Below are positions 38,140 through 46,801 of a stretch of 64,000 bases of DNA, piece after piece (position 1 is the first letter of the stretch; the number at the start of each line of letters is the position of its first letter). The translations under genes were made by a program, and so were the position numbers. Where the stretch lies: assembly GCA_965215505.1 (NCBI GenBank), contig OZ244065.1, forward strand, positions 4,224,001 through 4,288,000, read 5' to 3'. The stretch is from Capsulimonadaceae bacterium. GTDB taxonomy: Bacteria; Armatimonadota; Armatimonadia; Armatimonadales; Capsulimonadaceae. Under the pieces are notes generated by a model. It saw nothing but the letters and a program-made list of their open reading frames with translations. It was not told the origin of the DNA and ran no database searches.

Positions 38140-40218
38140 ATGCCTACGCACGCCCCCCGCCGCCTCCGGCCCGCCCGGCTCCTGCCGCTCCTGGTCGGCC
38201 TCGGCCTCTCCGCCGCTCGACTCCCGGCCCAGACGCCGCCCGCGCCCATGAACACCGCGCCCGCCCTGCACGGCGTGGATCTCAGCACCATTGATACGTC
38301 CGTCCTGCCCTGCCGCGACTTCTACCAGTACGCGAACGGCAAATGGCTGGCCGCGAACCCCGTCCCCGCCGACCGCTCCACCTGGGGCGAGATGAGCGAG
38401 ATGGGGGAGCGCAACAGCGCCGTCCTGCACTCCATCCTGGACCGGGCGGTCACCGGCCCGCCCGCCCCGGCGGGCAGCGTCGAGCGCAAGGTCGCCGACT
38501 TCTACCGCAGCGGCATGGACACCGCCCGCATCGAGCGCGAAGGCGTCCAGCCGCTGGCCCCCGAGTTCGCCCGCATTGATCAGGTCAGCGACACGCCCGG
38601 CCTGCTGGCCGAGATCGCCCACCTGCACCAGTACGGCATCCGCGCCGCCTGGGGCTTCGGCGTCAGCGCGGACACCAAGGACAGCATCCACACCATCGGG
38701 CAGCTCAGACAGGGCGGGCTGGGCCTGCCCGACCGGGACTACTACACCAAGACCGACCCCAAATCCGTCGCCCTGCGCGCCGCCTACGTCGCCCACGTCG
38801 CCCGGATGTTCGTCCTGCTCGGCGACGCCCCGGACCGCGCCGATGCCGAGTCGCAGACGGTCATGGGCATCGAAACTCGGCTGGCCTCCGCCTCCATGAC
38901 CCGCCTGGAGCAGCGCGACCCGAACGCCACCTACCACAAGCTGACATTGGCCCAGCTCGACGCCCTCTCCCCCGGCCTGTCCTGGCAGCCCTACCTCGCC
39001 GCCGTCGGCGACACCGACCCCGGCCCGCTGCTCGTCGGCCAGCCGCAGTTCTTCACGGTCGTGGGCGGCATGCTGAACTCGGTCCCGATCGCCGACTGGA
39101 AGACCTACCTGCGCTGGCACCTCATCAACGCCACGGCGGACGACCTGAGCGACGCCTTTGGCAACGAGCAGTTCGCCTTCACCGGTAAAACGCTCAACGG
39201 CTCCCCGGCCCAGCTCCCCCGATGGAAGCGCGTCCTGGCCCAGACCGACGGCTCGCTCGGCGAGGGGCTGGGCAGCCTGTATGTCGCCCGCTCCTTCTCG
39301 CCCGAGGCCAAGAAGCGCGCCCTGACCCTGGTCCTGAACCTGAAGTCCGCCCTGCACGACCGGCTCCAGTCGCTGGACTGGATCGGCGACGACACGCGCA
39401 AGCAGGCCCTGCACAAGCTCGACAAGATGATCATCAAGATCGGCTACCCGGACCACCCGCGCGACTACACCGCCCTCGCCATCGACAGCCCGGACTTCGT
39501 CACGAACGCCCTGGCCGCGCGCCGGTTTGAGGTGGCCCGCAACCTGAAGAAGCTCGGCCACCCCGTGGACCGGACCGAGTGGGGCATGTCCGCCCCGACC
39601 GTCAACGCCTACTACAACCCCTCCGTGAACGAGATCGTCTTCCCCGCCGGCATCCTCCAGCCGCCCTTCTTCGACGCCCAGGCCGACGACGCCTCCAACT
39701 ACGGCTCCATCGGCGCGGTCATCGGGCACGAGATGACGCACGGCTTCGACGACCAGGGGCGGCAGTTCGACGCCGACGGCAACCTGAAGGACTGGTGGAC
39801 GGCCGCCGACAAGAAAAACTTCCAGTCGCGCGCCGACCTCGTCGCCCACCAGTTCGACGACTTCGTGGCCGTGGACGACCTGCACGTCAACGGGCACCTC
39901 ACTCTGGGCGAGGACATCGCGGACCTCGGCGGCCTGAAGATCGCCTACCTCGCCTTCGAGAAGGCGCAGGCCGGCAAGCCGCGCGTCCGCATCGGCGGCT
40001 TCACCCCCGAGCAGCGCTTCTTCCTGGCCTTCGCCCAGGTGTGGCGCACCAACACGCGCCCCGAAGCCGCCCGCCTGCGCGTCGCGACCGATCCGCACGC
40101 GCCCGCCCGGTTCCGCGTCCTCGGCCCACTCGCCAACCTGCCTGAGTTCGCCCAGGCCTTTCCCTGCCCCGCCGGGGAGGCGAAGGTGGCCTCCGCGCAG
40201 ACGGTGAACATCTGGTAG
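38140..40218 (+). CDS. M13-family metallopeptidase (PepO/neprilysin-like), secreted
   Basis: Signal peptide; DFYQYANG.W, VNAYY, GHEMTHGFDD, GEDIADLGG; start reassigned to 38140. Confidence 0.93.
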   Translation: MPTHAPRRLRPARLLPLLVGLGLSAARLPAQTPPAPMNTAPALHGVDLSTIDTSVLPCRDFYQYANGKWLAANPVPADRSTWGEMSEMGERNSAVLHSILDRAVTGPPAPAGSVERKVADFYRSGMDTARIEREGVQPLAPEFARIDQVSDTPGLLAEIAHLHQYGIRAAWGFGVSADTKDSIHTIGQLRQGGLGLPDRDYYTKTDPKSVALRAAYVAHVARMFVLLGDAPDRADAESQTVMGIETRLASASMTRLEQRDPNATYHKLTLAQLDALSPGLSWQPYLAAVGDTDPGPLLVGQPQFFTVVGGMLNSVPIADWKTYLRWHLINATADDLSDAFGNEQFAFTGKTLNGSPAQLPRWKRVLAQTDGSLGEGLGSLYVARSFSPEAKKRALTLVLNLKSALHDRLQSLDWIGDDTRKQALHKLDKMIIKIGYPDHPRDYTALAIDSPDFVTNALAARRFEVARNLKKLGHPVDRTEWGMSAPTVNAYYNPSVNEIVFPAGILQPPFFDAQADDASNYGSIGAVIGHEMTHGFDDQGRQFDADGNLKDWWTAADKKNFQSRADLVAHQFDDFVAVDDLHVNGHLTLGEDIADLGGLKIAYLAFEKAQAGKPRVRIGGFTPEQRFFLAFAQVWRTNTRPEAARLRVATDPHAPARFRVLGPLANLPEFAQAFPCPAGEAKVASAQTVNIW

Positions 40219-40243
40219 CGCGCCAGCAGTAAGACACGACAAG

Positions 40244-40278
40244 AGAGGGGCGCGGGTGATAATCACCCGCGCCCCTCT
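40244..40278. terminator. 17-bp inverted repeat between convergent genes (terminator or REP-like)
   Basis: AGAGGGGCGCGGGTGAT-A-ATCACCCGCGCCCCTCT. Confidence 0.7.
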
Positions 40279-40880
40279 TGTCCTGTGTGCCGTTCTACTG
40301 CCCGCCCCTTGCCTTCGCCGATGCCGAACTGTCCGGCCTCGTGGGCATAGGCGCCGAAGGTCCAGGCGCCGAAGGTCCAGCCGTCGAAGGGGTGGAGCAG
40401 TTGGTCGTAGGTGTTGAGGGCGTCTTCCCGGCTCCGTGCCATGCCCTGGGCGGTGAGGGGGTCGTAGTAGATGGCCCCCGGCCCGGACAGGGCGGTGTAC
40501 AGCCCGGCCACCGCGTGGATCGTCTCGATGTCGGTGTAGCTGCCGGTCTGGCCCTGGAAGCCGACCGCGTCCAGGTTGAGGACGTTGTAGCCGCCGGTGA
40601 GGGTGTCGATGTCGGCGTGGAGCAGGCCCTGGGCGTCGTAGAGGGCGGTGTCCTGGACGAACTCAGCGTGGTCGCTGCTTGTGTCGGGGTCGTTGGAGCG
40701 GACGCGGTGGACGGTGTTGCCGCTGGGGTCGAACAGGTAAGGGGAGTTGATGAAGGTGTGCCGGAACCGCTCCAGCAGTCCGCCCGGCCCGTAGGTGTTG
40801 ACCAGGCCGCCGCTGCTGTCCATCTCGCACAGGACATGGCCGGCGTCGTCGTAAAGGTAGTAGGTGGTTGCGCCGAGTGG
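40263..40880 (-). pseudogene. Rhs/YD-repeat core remnant
   Basis: TTYYLYDDAG, YLFDPSGN, ALYDAQG, GFQGQTG.YTD.ET, YYDPLT; no proper start, no toxin domain. Confidence 0.7.
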
Positions 40881-40964
40881 GGGCTTCCAGTCAGGTTCCG
40901 GCTGGCCCTATGAAGTTGTCAAGGTGCGAAGTACGAGCCGAAAGGTCAGAGCATCGCGAACGCC

Positions 40965-41465
40965 TTAGTGGACGATCAGTGTGCCTGTAGGCCACTCGCC
41001 GTGTTCCCAGCCGCAAGGCATGTGCCCCGCCTCGTACACCTTGAGTGGTTCCAGGTAAAACGTCGTGGGCAGGTCACAGTCTGCGTAGGCCGCTTCCATG
41101 ATTGCCAGCAATACGTCCCATTCAACATTCGCGATGAAGCGCCGGGCGAGGTCGTGTTGCTGGGCAAAGGCTTCGACGGCAGGATAAAAGATGTCCTTCA
41201 TGTGTTCCTTCGCGGAATCCACCAAGTCGTTCCAGAAGGCGTAATCCTGCGGGTGGTTCATGCTGAGATGGATAGTTACTATATTTTTTGCATCCGCATG
41301 TGTGTCTTCCCATCTTCGTTTGTTCCAATGCACTTCCGCGCGCCGCCAGTTGAGGACGCGGCGCGCGGGGTAAGCAATCTTCATCTCCATCGGCTCCTCA
41401 CATCTTGCGAACCAGTTAATGGCTTGGATGCGCGTCAGTATGGCCGTTGGGACTTTTCTCGTCAT
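40965..41465 (-). CDS. Hypothetical protein, candidate polymorphic-toxin immunity protein
   Basis: 166 aa, lower GC, next to the Rhs remnant; WNDLV and YEAGHMPCGW..G.L motifs. Confidence 0.6.
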   Translation of the reverse strand: MTRKVPTAILTRIQAINWFARCEEPMEMKIAYPARRVLNWRRAEVHWNKRRWEDTHADAKNIVTIHLSMNHPQDYAFWNDLVDSAKEHMKDIFYPAVEAFAQQHDLARRFIANVEWDVLLAIMEAAYADCDLPTTFYLEPLKVYEAGHMPCGWEHGEWPTGTLIVH

Positions 41466-41534
41466 GTTTTGTAGCCGGACTGTTGTGTTTGCCCTGGGCC
41501 TTCACCAGTGACGAGTAGAGCAGGAAGTGCTTCC

Positions 41535-41563
41535 ATCGTAGCACGCCCCCGCTTGCTTGTCAA
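41535..41563 (-). promoter_or_regulatory. Near-consensus sigma70 promoter for 40965-41465
   Basis: TTGACA-N17-TACGAT with TG extended -10. Confidence 0.75.
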
Positions 41564-41600
41564 GCAGTTCGCCTCAGACACCAGGGCCACCCCCGAGAAG

Positions 41601-41628
41601 AGGGGCAACCACAGGGGGCTGCCCCTAC
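41601..41628 (-). repeat. GTAG-type REP-like palindrome
   Basis: GTAGGGGCAGCCCCCTGTGGTTGCCCCT. Confidence 0.55.
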
Positions 41629-41729
41629 CGATGGCGGAGGGGTTCACTTCAGGGCCTGCCCTCCCCTGCTTTCCCCCTAACCCCCCCGCCCCCGCCTGCC
41701 GACAATCACCGGAGAGGCTTTACGTTTTC

Positions 41730-44162
41730 ATGCGGACACTGCCGGCCGGCGCACAACTCTATCTCCTCGCCACCTATTTCGCCGCCCTGCTCACGGCCGG
41801 GTGGGCCGCCGTCACGCCCCCGCCGGAGGCCCACGCGCGCGGCTGGGAGGTGGCCCTGTTCCTGGCCCTGGCGATCCTCGCCTACGGCAAGAAGATCACC
41901 CTGCTCCGGCACACGGGCGACAAGGACGCCGGCTCGCTGTCGCTCGGCTTCGCCATCACCTTCGCCGCCCTGCTGCGCTTCGGCCCGCAGGGTGCCCTGG
42001 TCGTCGGCACCCTGGGCTGCCTGTCGGCGTGCCTGCATCCCCGCCGCCAGCCGGGATACCAGTTCGCCTTCAACGTCTCGGTCGCCGCCGTCGCCACCTG
42101 GCTGTCGGGCCTGACCTTCCTCGCCCTGAACGGCGGCCTGACTTTCGGCCTGCGCCGGACCCTGCTCGCCGCCGCCGCCGCGAGCCTCCTCTACTACGCG
42201 GTCAACAACGTCGCGACGGCCGCCGTGATCGCGCTCTGCACCGGCCAGAGGGTGGTCACGGTCTGGCGCGAGAGTTTCCTGTGGACCGCGCCCGGCTACT
42301 TCGCCGGGGGGGCCATCGGGACGGTCGGGGCGCTGGCCTGCGGCAGCGGCGACTGGCCGCTGCTGCTGGTGCTGACCCCCGTGGCCTACCTGACCTACTC
42401 GGCCTATGCCGTCTACGCCGGCCGGGCGGCGGAGCGGCAGAGCCACATCGAGAGCCTGGCCGACCTGTACCTGGGCACCATCCGCAGCCTCGCCGTCGCT
42501 ATCGACGCCAAGGACCAGCGCTCCCACCAGCACATCGTCCGCGTCCAGCGGTCGGCCGTCGCCACCGCCCGGCACATGGGCCTGAGCGCAGATCTGGTGG
42601 AAGCGGTCAACACGGGCACGCTGCTCAAGGACATCGGCAAGCTGGGCGTCCCGGACTACGTCCTGCTGAAAACGGGCGAGCTGACCGGCGAAGAGTTCGC
42701 CAAGATCCGGAAGCACCCCGAGGTCGGCGCGGCCATCCTCGAAGGGGTCGTCTTCCCCTGGCCGGTCCTGCCGGTCGTCCGGTCGCACCACGAGCGGTGG
42801 GACGGGACCGGCTACCCGGACGGGTTGAAGGGCGAGCAGATCCCGCTGACGGCGCGGATACTGGCCGTCGCCGACGTCTACGACGCCCTGACCTCCTCGC
42901 GCGCCCACCGGGGGGCCTGGAGCCGCGAGGGGGCATTGGCGGAGATCCAGCGCCAGGCGGGCGCCCACTTCGACCCCGCCGTCGTCGCCGCCTTCACCGC
43001 CGTGATCGGCGGCCTGGCCGAAGAAGCGCCCGAGGCCGCTCCGCCCGAGGCCGCCGCGCCGGGGGGCGGAATCGTAAGCTCCGGGGACGCGGTCCGCCAG
43101 ATCCAGCGGGCCTCCTCGGAACTTTGGGCGCTCTACGAGGTCGCGCAGACGCTGTCATCCAGTCTCGGCCTGCAAGAGACTCTGGAAATTTTAGGCCGCA
43201 AGCTCGAAGCCATCCTGCCGGGCACCGCCTGCCTCTTTCTGCTGCGCGAGGGGGCCGAGGACGCCCTGGTGGCGCGCGTGGCCGTCGGACTGAACGGCGA
43301 CCGGCTGCGCGGCGCGCGGGCGAACGGGCTGGCGAGCCGCTCCCTCCAGGCCGCGACCGGCCGCGAGACCTATCGTGGCCCCTACGACGCGGATGACCTC
43401 TGCCTGCCGGACACGCTTGCGGGCTCGTGGGAGCCGCTGCGGGCCGCCCTGATCGTCCCCATCGTCCATGCGGGCGAGGTACTGGGCACGGTCAACCTCT
43501 ACCACCCGGACGCGGACGCCTTCGGGCCGCACGACCAGCAGCTCCTGGAGACCATCGCCGAGCGGGCCGCGCTGGCCCTCTACAACGGCCTGCTGTTCGA
43601 CCGGACCCGGTCGCACGCGAACACCGACGGGCTGACGGGCCTGTACAACCTGCGCTACCTGACTCAGCAGGTGGACGCGCTCTGCCTCGGGGCCGAGCCG
43701 CTGGCCCTGCTCTGCCTGGACCTGGACAGCTTCAAGCCGATCAACGACAACTTCGGCCACCAGAAGGGCGACCAGGTGCTGTGCGACCTGGCCGAGATCT
43801 TCTGCGGGGCGGTCCGCGACTCGGACATCGTCGCGCGCTACGGCGGCGACGAGTTCCTGGTCGTCCTGCGCGGGGCGGGCGCGGCCGAGGCGCAGGCGAT
43901 GTCCCAGCGCCTGCTGGAAGCCGTCTCCGCCTACGACCCCGGCCTGGCGCACCCGACGTTGGGCCGCCTCCGGGTGGGCGTCTCCATCGGGTGGGGCTGC
44001 GCCCCCGCCGACGGCCGGGACTGCACCGCCCTGCTGGCCGCCGCCGACGCCCGGATGTACCGCGAGAAGACCCAGCGCAAGCTGGGCGCGCGGGCCGAGC
44101 CGAGGCGGGACGGCCCGGCCGACCCGGACGTGCCCCTGCTGAGGCTCGTGGACGCGGCCTAG
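41730..44162 (+). CDS. Membrane-anchored HD-GYP (degenerate, KD) - GAF - GGDEF protein
   Basis: N-terminal TM bundle; LLKDIGK...HHERWDGTGYP; GAF; FKPINDNFGHQKGD, RDSD I-site, YGGDEF; start ATG 41730 after GGAGAGG. Confidence 0.9.
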   Translation: MRTLPAGAQLYLLATYFAALLTAGWAAVTPPPEAHARGWEVALFLALAILAYGKKITLLRHTGDKDAGSLSLGFAITFAALLRFGPQGALVVGTLGCLSACLHPRRQPGYQFAFNVSVAAVATWLSGLTFLALNGGLTFGLRRTLLAAAAASLLYYAVNNVATAAVIALCTGQRVVTVWRESFLWTAPGYFAGGAIGTVGALACGSGDWPLLLVLTPVAYLTYSAYAVYAGRAAERQSHIESLADLYLGTIRSLAVAIDAKDQRSHQHIVRVQRSAVATARHMGLSADLVEAVNTGTLLKDIGKLGVPDYVLLKTGELTGEEFAKIRKHPEVGAAILEGVVFPWPVLPVVRSHHERWDGTGYPDGLKGEQIPLTARILAVADVYDALTSSRAHRGAWSREGALAEIQRQAGAHFDPAVVAAFTAVIGGLAEEAPEAAPPEAAAPGGGIVSSGDAVRQIQRASSELWALYEVAQTLSSSLGLQETLEILGRKLEAILPGTACLFLLREGAEDALVARVAVGLNGDRLRGARANGLASRSLQAATGRETYRGPYDADDLCLPDTLAGSWEPLRAALIVPIVHAGEVLGTVNLYHPDADAFGPHDQQLLETIAERAALALYNGLLFDRTRSHANTDGLTGLYNLRYLTQQVDALCLGAEPLALLCLDLDSFKPINDNFGHQKGDQVLCDLAEIFCGAVRDSDIVARYGGDEFLVVLRGAGAAEAQAMSQRLLEAVSAYDPGLAHPTLGRLRVGVSIGWGCAPADGRDCTALLAAADARMYREKTQRKLGARAEPRRDGPADPDVPLLRLVDAA

Positions 44163-44192
44163 CGCCTCCCCCTCCGCTCAGGCCGCGCCCCT

Positions 44193-44258
44193 TTTTCCCG
44201 CACTTCTTCTTTTCCCGCACTTCTTTCAGTGATGCTCGCCTGCTGCCCCCCCAATAAT
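44193..44258 (+). promoter_or_regulatory. Conserved upstream box of peptidase 1: TTTTCCCGCACTTC x2, TCAGTG, -10-like AATAAT
   Basis: Same arrangement at 46458-46523 and 48746-48810. Confidence 0.7.
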
Positions 44259-44275
44259 CAAGCGTAGACGATCCC

Positions 44276-44375
44276 CGCCCCCGAACAGGGCAAACCGGCC
44301 GCGAGGCCGGGACGCAAAGCCTTCGGGTCTGTGTAAATCCCAACACGCGCAGATGGCCGGGCCGCCGAACGGGCG
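44276..44375 (+). ncRNA. GEMM-I riboswitch aptamer, G20 (c-di-GMP type)
   Basis: ACAGGGCAAACC-GGCC GCGA GGCC-GGGACGCAAAGCC...GCCGGGCCGCCGA; G at 44289. Confidence 0.9.
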
Positions 44376-44412
44376 ACACGCTTCCTCGGGCCGGGGCCGT
44401 CTGACACCATCC

Positions 44413-44530
44413 TTCGCAGGCGACAAGAGCAAACCGCGCGAAAGCGTGGGACGCAAAGCCACGGGCCTTATTCTTCAGCCGTCCCTAGGAACAGTACCGA
44501 AGAATGGCCGCCGGGCCACCGAGCAGCGAC
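44413..44530 (+). ncRNA. GEMM-I riboswitch aptamer, A20 (3',3'-cGAMP type candidate)
   Basis: CGACAAGAGCAAACC-GCGC GAAA GCGT-GGGACGCAAAGCC...GCCGGGCCACCGA; A at 44428. Confidence 0.85.
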
Positions 44531-44549
44531 GATTCCGAGGGACCTTCTT

Positions 44550-46352
44550 ATGCTTAACAAGATCAACCGAAACGTGATCAACCGGACTTCTTGGAGGGCG
44601 CCGGCGCTGGCCGCCCTGTCCGTGGGCCTGGCCGCCGCCCACGCCTCCCCGGCCCCGAACACAGCACACCACCCCTCCGGGGGGGCGCGCGCGGCCTCCC
44701 GCCCGGCGGCCTCCACGCCCGTCATCCTGAAACTCGCGCCGGGGGGTCTGACGCCCGCCCGGCAGGCCGCGCTCGCCCGGCTCGGGGCGGGCGTGACGCG
44801 CCACCTGGGCTTCATCGGCTCGGTCGCCGTCACCGTCCCGAGCCGGAACCTGGCCCGCGTCGCCGCCCTGCCGTTCGTCACGCACGTCTCCTGTGACGGC
44901 CAGGTCCACAAGTGCGACGAGTTCACGGTCGCCGCGAGCGGGGCGGGGGCGGCCTACCAGCAGTACGGGCTGACCGGGCAGGGCGTCACCGTCGCCGTCG
45001 TGGACAGCGGCGTCCAGTGCAACCACTGGGATCTGCTGGATGCCAACGGGGACGGCAACTCGCGGGTAATCGGCTACGCGGATTTTGTCCCGAGTACGAA
45101 TGGCCCCAAGCTTTACTCCGACTATTGCGGCCACGGCTCGCACGTCGCCGGCATCATCGCCGGCAACGGCGCGGCCTCCACCGGCAGCCAGTGTACCCAC
45201 ACCTACTACGGCATCGCCCGCAACGCCAGCCTCGTCAACGTGCGCGTGCTGGACCAGAACGGCGCGGGCAGCGTCAGCACCGTCCTCGCCGGCATCCAGT
45301 GGGTGGTGGCCCACAAGAACGACAACCGGAGAGCGCCGATCCGCGTGCTGAACCTGTCGCTGGGGCACCCCGTCGGCGAGAGCTACACCACCGACCCGCT
45401 CTGCCAGGCCGTCGAGGCCGCCTGGAAGGCCGGCATCGTCGTCGTCTGCGCCGCCGGCAACGCCGGCCGCGTCTCCAACACCGTGGCCGCGGGCCAGTCC
45501 AACGAGGGCTACGGCACAGCCTACGGCTCCATCCAGTCTCCGGGCAACGACCCCTACGTCATCACCGTCGGCGCGACCAAGAGCGTGGACGGCAGCCGCT
45601 GGCACGACAGGGTCGCCACCTATTCCAGCCGGGGGCCGAGCCGCCTGGACCTGGTGCTGAAGCCCGACATCATCGCGCCGGGCAACCAGGTCATCTCGCT
45701 GGACGTGGACTGGGCCACGCTCAACGCCGCCTATGGGGGCACCAACATGCTCCCCTACAGCGCCTACACCACGGCGGCGGCGTCCGGGGCTGCCGGCACG
45801 CTGGGGGCCGCCAACCGGGCGGGAGCGGGGATGTCCGACGCCTACTTCCGCCTGTCGGGCACTTCCATGGCCGCGCCCGTCGTGGCAGGGGCGGCGGCCC
45901 TGCTGCTCCAGGCGAACCCGCGGCTCTCGCCGGACACGGTGAAGGCCCGCCTGATGGTCTCCGCCGACAAATGGGGCGCACCCGACTGGCGGGGGAACCC
46001 GACAGGGCAGGCGGACCCCTGCACCTACGGGGCTGGGTATCTGAACATCCCCGCCGCGATCCAGAGCAGCGTCTTCGCCGGCCAGTCCGCCCTCAGCCCC
46101 ACGCTGACGGAGGACGGCAGCGGCAACGTCGCCATCAACGCCTCGGGCATCATGTCCGCCTCGCACGTCATCTGGGGCAGCACCGGTGTCAATGATCTGC
46201 ACGTCATCTGGGGGACGAATGCGATCTCGGGCAGCAGCGCGCTGTCGGCCTCGCACGTCATCTGGGGCAGCAGCGTCTTCTCCGACCACGTCATCTGGGG
46301 CACCAGCACCAGTGCCGTGGACCTCTCCTCGGTCGCCATCAACGGCGAGTAA
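44550..46352 (+). CDS. S8 subtilisin-like serine peptidase 1 with C-terminal HVIWG repeats
   Basis: Signal peptide, prodomain, triad VVDSG / GHGSHVAG / GTSMAAP; 4x HVIWG. Confidence 0.93.
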   Translation: MLNKINRNVINRTSWRAPALAALSVGLAAAHASPAPNTAHHPSGGARAASRPAASTPVILKLAPGGLTPARQAALARLGAGVTRHLGFIGSVAVTVPSRNLARVAALPFVTHVSCDGQVHKCDEFTVAASGAGAAYQQYGLTGQGVTVAVVDSGVQCNHWDLLDANGDGNSRVIGYADFVPSTNGPKLYSDYCGHGSHVAGIIAGNGAASTGSQCTHTYYGIARNASLVNVRVLDQNGAGSVSTVLAGIQWVVAHKNDNRRAPIRVLNLSLGHPVGESYTTDPLCQAVEAAWKAGIVVVCAAGNAGRVSNTVAAGQSNEGYGTAYGSIQSPGNDPYVITVGATKSVDGSRWHDRVATYSSRGPSRLDLVLKPDIIAPGNQVISLDVDWATLNAAYGGTNMLPYSAYTTAAASGAAGTLGAANRAGAGMSDAYFRLSGTSMAAPVVAGAAALLLQANPRLSPDTVKARLMVSADKWGAPDWRGNPTGQADPCTYGAGYLNIPAAIQSSVFAGQSALSPTLTEDGSGNVAINASGIMSASHVIWGSTGVNDLHVIWGTNAISGSSALSASHVIWGSSVFSDHVIWGTSTSAVDLSSVAINGE

Positions 46353-46389
46353 CACGCTCAACTCACGCGGTCATCTGACACGCCCATCG

Positions 46390-46440
46390 GCCCGCCGCAT
46401 GCACAATCCTTCACCCATGGAGGCGCAGGCGGCGGGCTTT
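46390..46440 (+). terminator. Terminator-like hairpin conserved after each peptidase
   Basis: GCCCGCCGCATGC...GCAGGCGGCGGGC-TTT. Confidence 0.65.
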
Positions 46441-46457
46441 CCCTTTTCCCGCCCCCC

Positions 46458-46523
46458 TTTTCCCGCACTTCGTTTCTTTTCCCGCACTTCTCTCAGTGGC
46501 CGCCCTGCTCCAGACGGCATAAT
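46458..46523 (+). promoter_or_regulatory. Conserved upstream box of peptidase 2
   Basis: TTTTCCCGCACTTC at 46458 and 46477, TCAGTG, CATAAT 46518. Confidence 0.7.
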
Positions 46524-46540
46524 CAAGCGTAGATGGTTTC

Positions 46541-46639
46541 CGCCCCCGATCCGGGCAAACCGGCCGCGAGGCCGGGACGCAAAGCCACGGGCCTCCGCAA
46601 ATCTCAACACGCGGAGGCGGCCGGGCCGCCGAACGGGCG
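46541..46639 (+). ncRNA. GEMM-I riboswitch aptamer, G20 (c-di-GMP type)
   Basis: CCGGGCAAACC-GGCC GCGA GGCC-GGGACGCAAAGCC...GCCGGGCCGCCGA; G at 46554. Confidence 0.9.
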
Positions 46640-46679
46640 ACACACTCCTTCGGGCCACGGGACCACCTGACCGCATCCT

Positions 46680-46782
46680 TCGCGAGCGACAAGAGCATAC
46701 CCGGCGAAAGCCGGGGGCGCAAAGCCACGGGCCTTCTTCTTCAGCAGTATCGGGGAATGGCCGCCGAGCTACCGAGCGGCGA
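46680..46782 (+). ncRNA. GEMM-I riboswitch aptamer, A20 (3',3'-cGAMP type candidate)
   Basis: CGACAAGAGCATACC-CGGC GAAA GCCG-GGGGCGCAAAGCC...GCCGAGCTACCGA; A at 46694. Confidence 0.8.
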
Positions 46783-46801
46783 GATTACGAGGGAACAACC
46801 A

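Noticed and set aside
38011-40266. Long antisense ORFs (38011-40266, 44475-46361, 48936-50774, 57982-59685, 56320-57795 and many others)
   Set aside because: Shadow ORFs of real genes in high-GC DNA, with no recognisable motifs
41508-41729. N-terminal extensions given by the ORF track (also 14663-14818, 38026-38139, 46757-46801, 50723-50821, 62174-62449)
   Set aside because: They overlap promoters, riboswitches or neighbouring genes; downstream starts have an RBS or coupling and match domain boundaries
43600-44090. Hypr GGDEF (cGAMP synthase) as the local source for the A20 aptamers
   Set aside because: Signature position is Asp (GHQKGD), the canonical c-di-GMP type; the same holds for 58114-59631 (GHPAGD)
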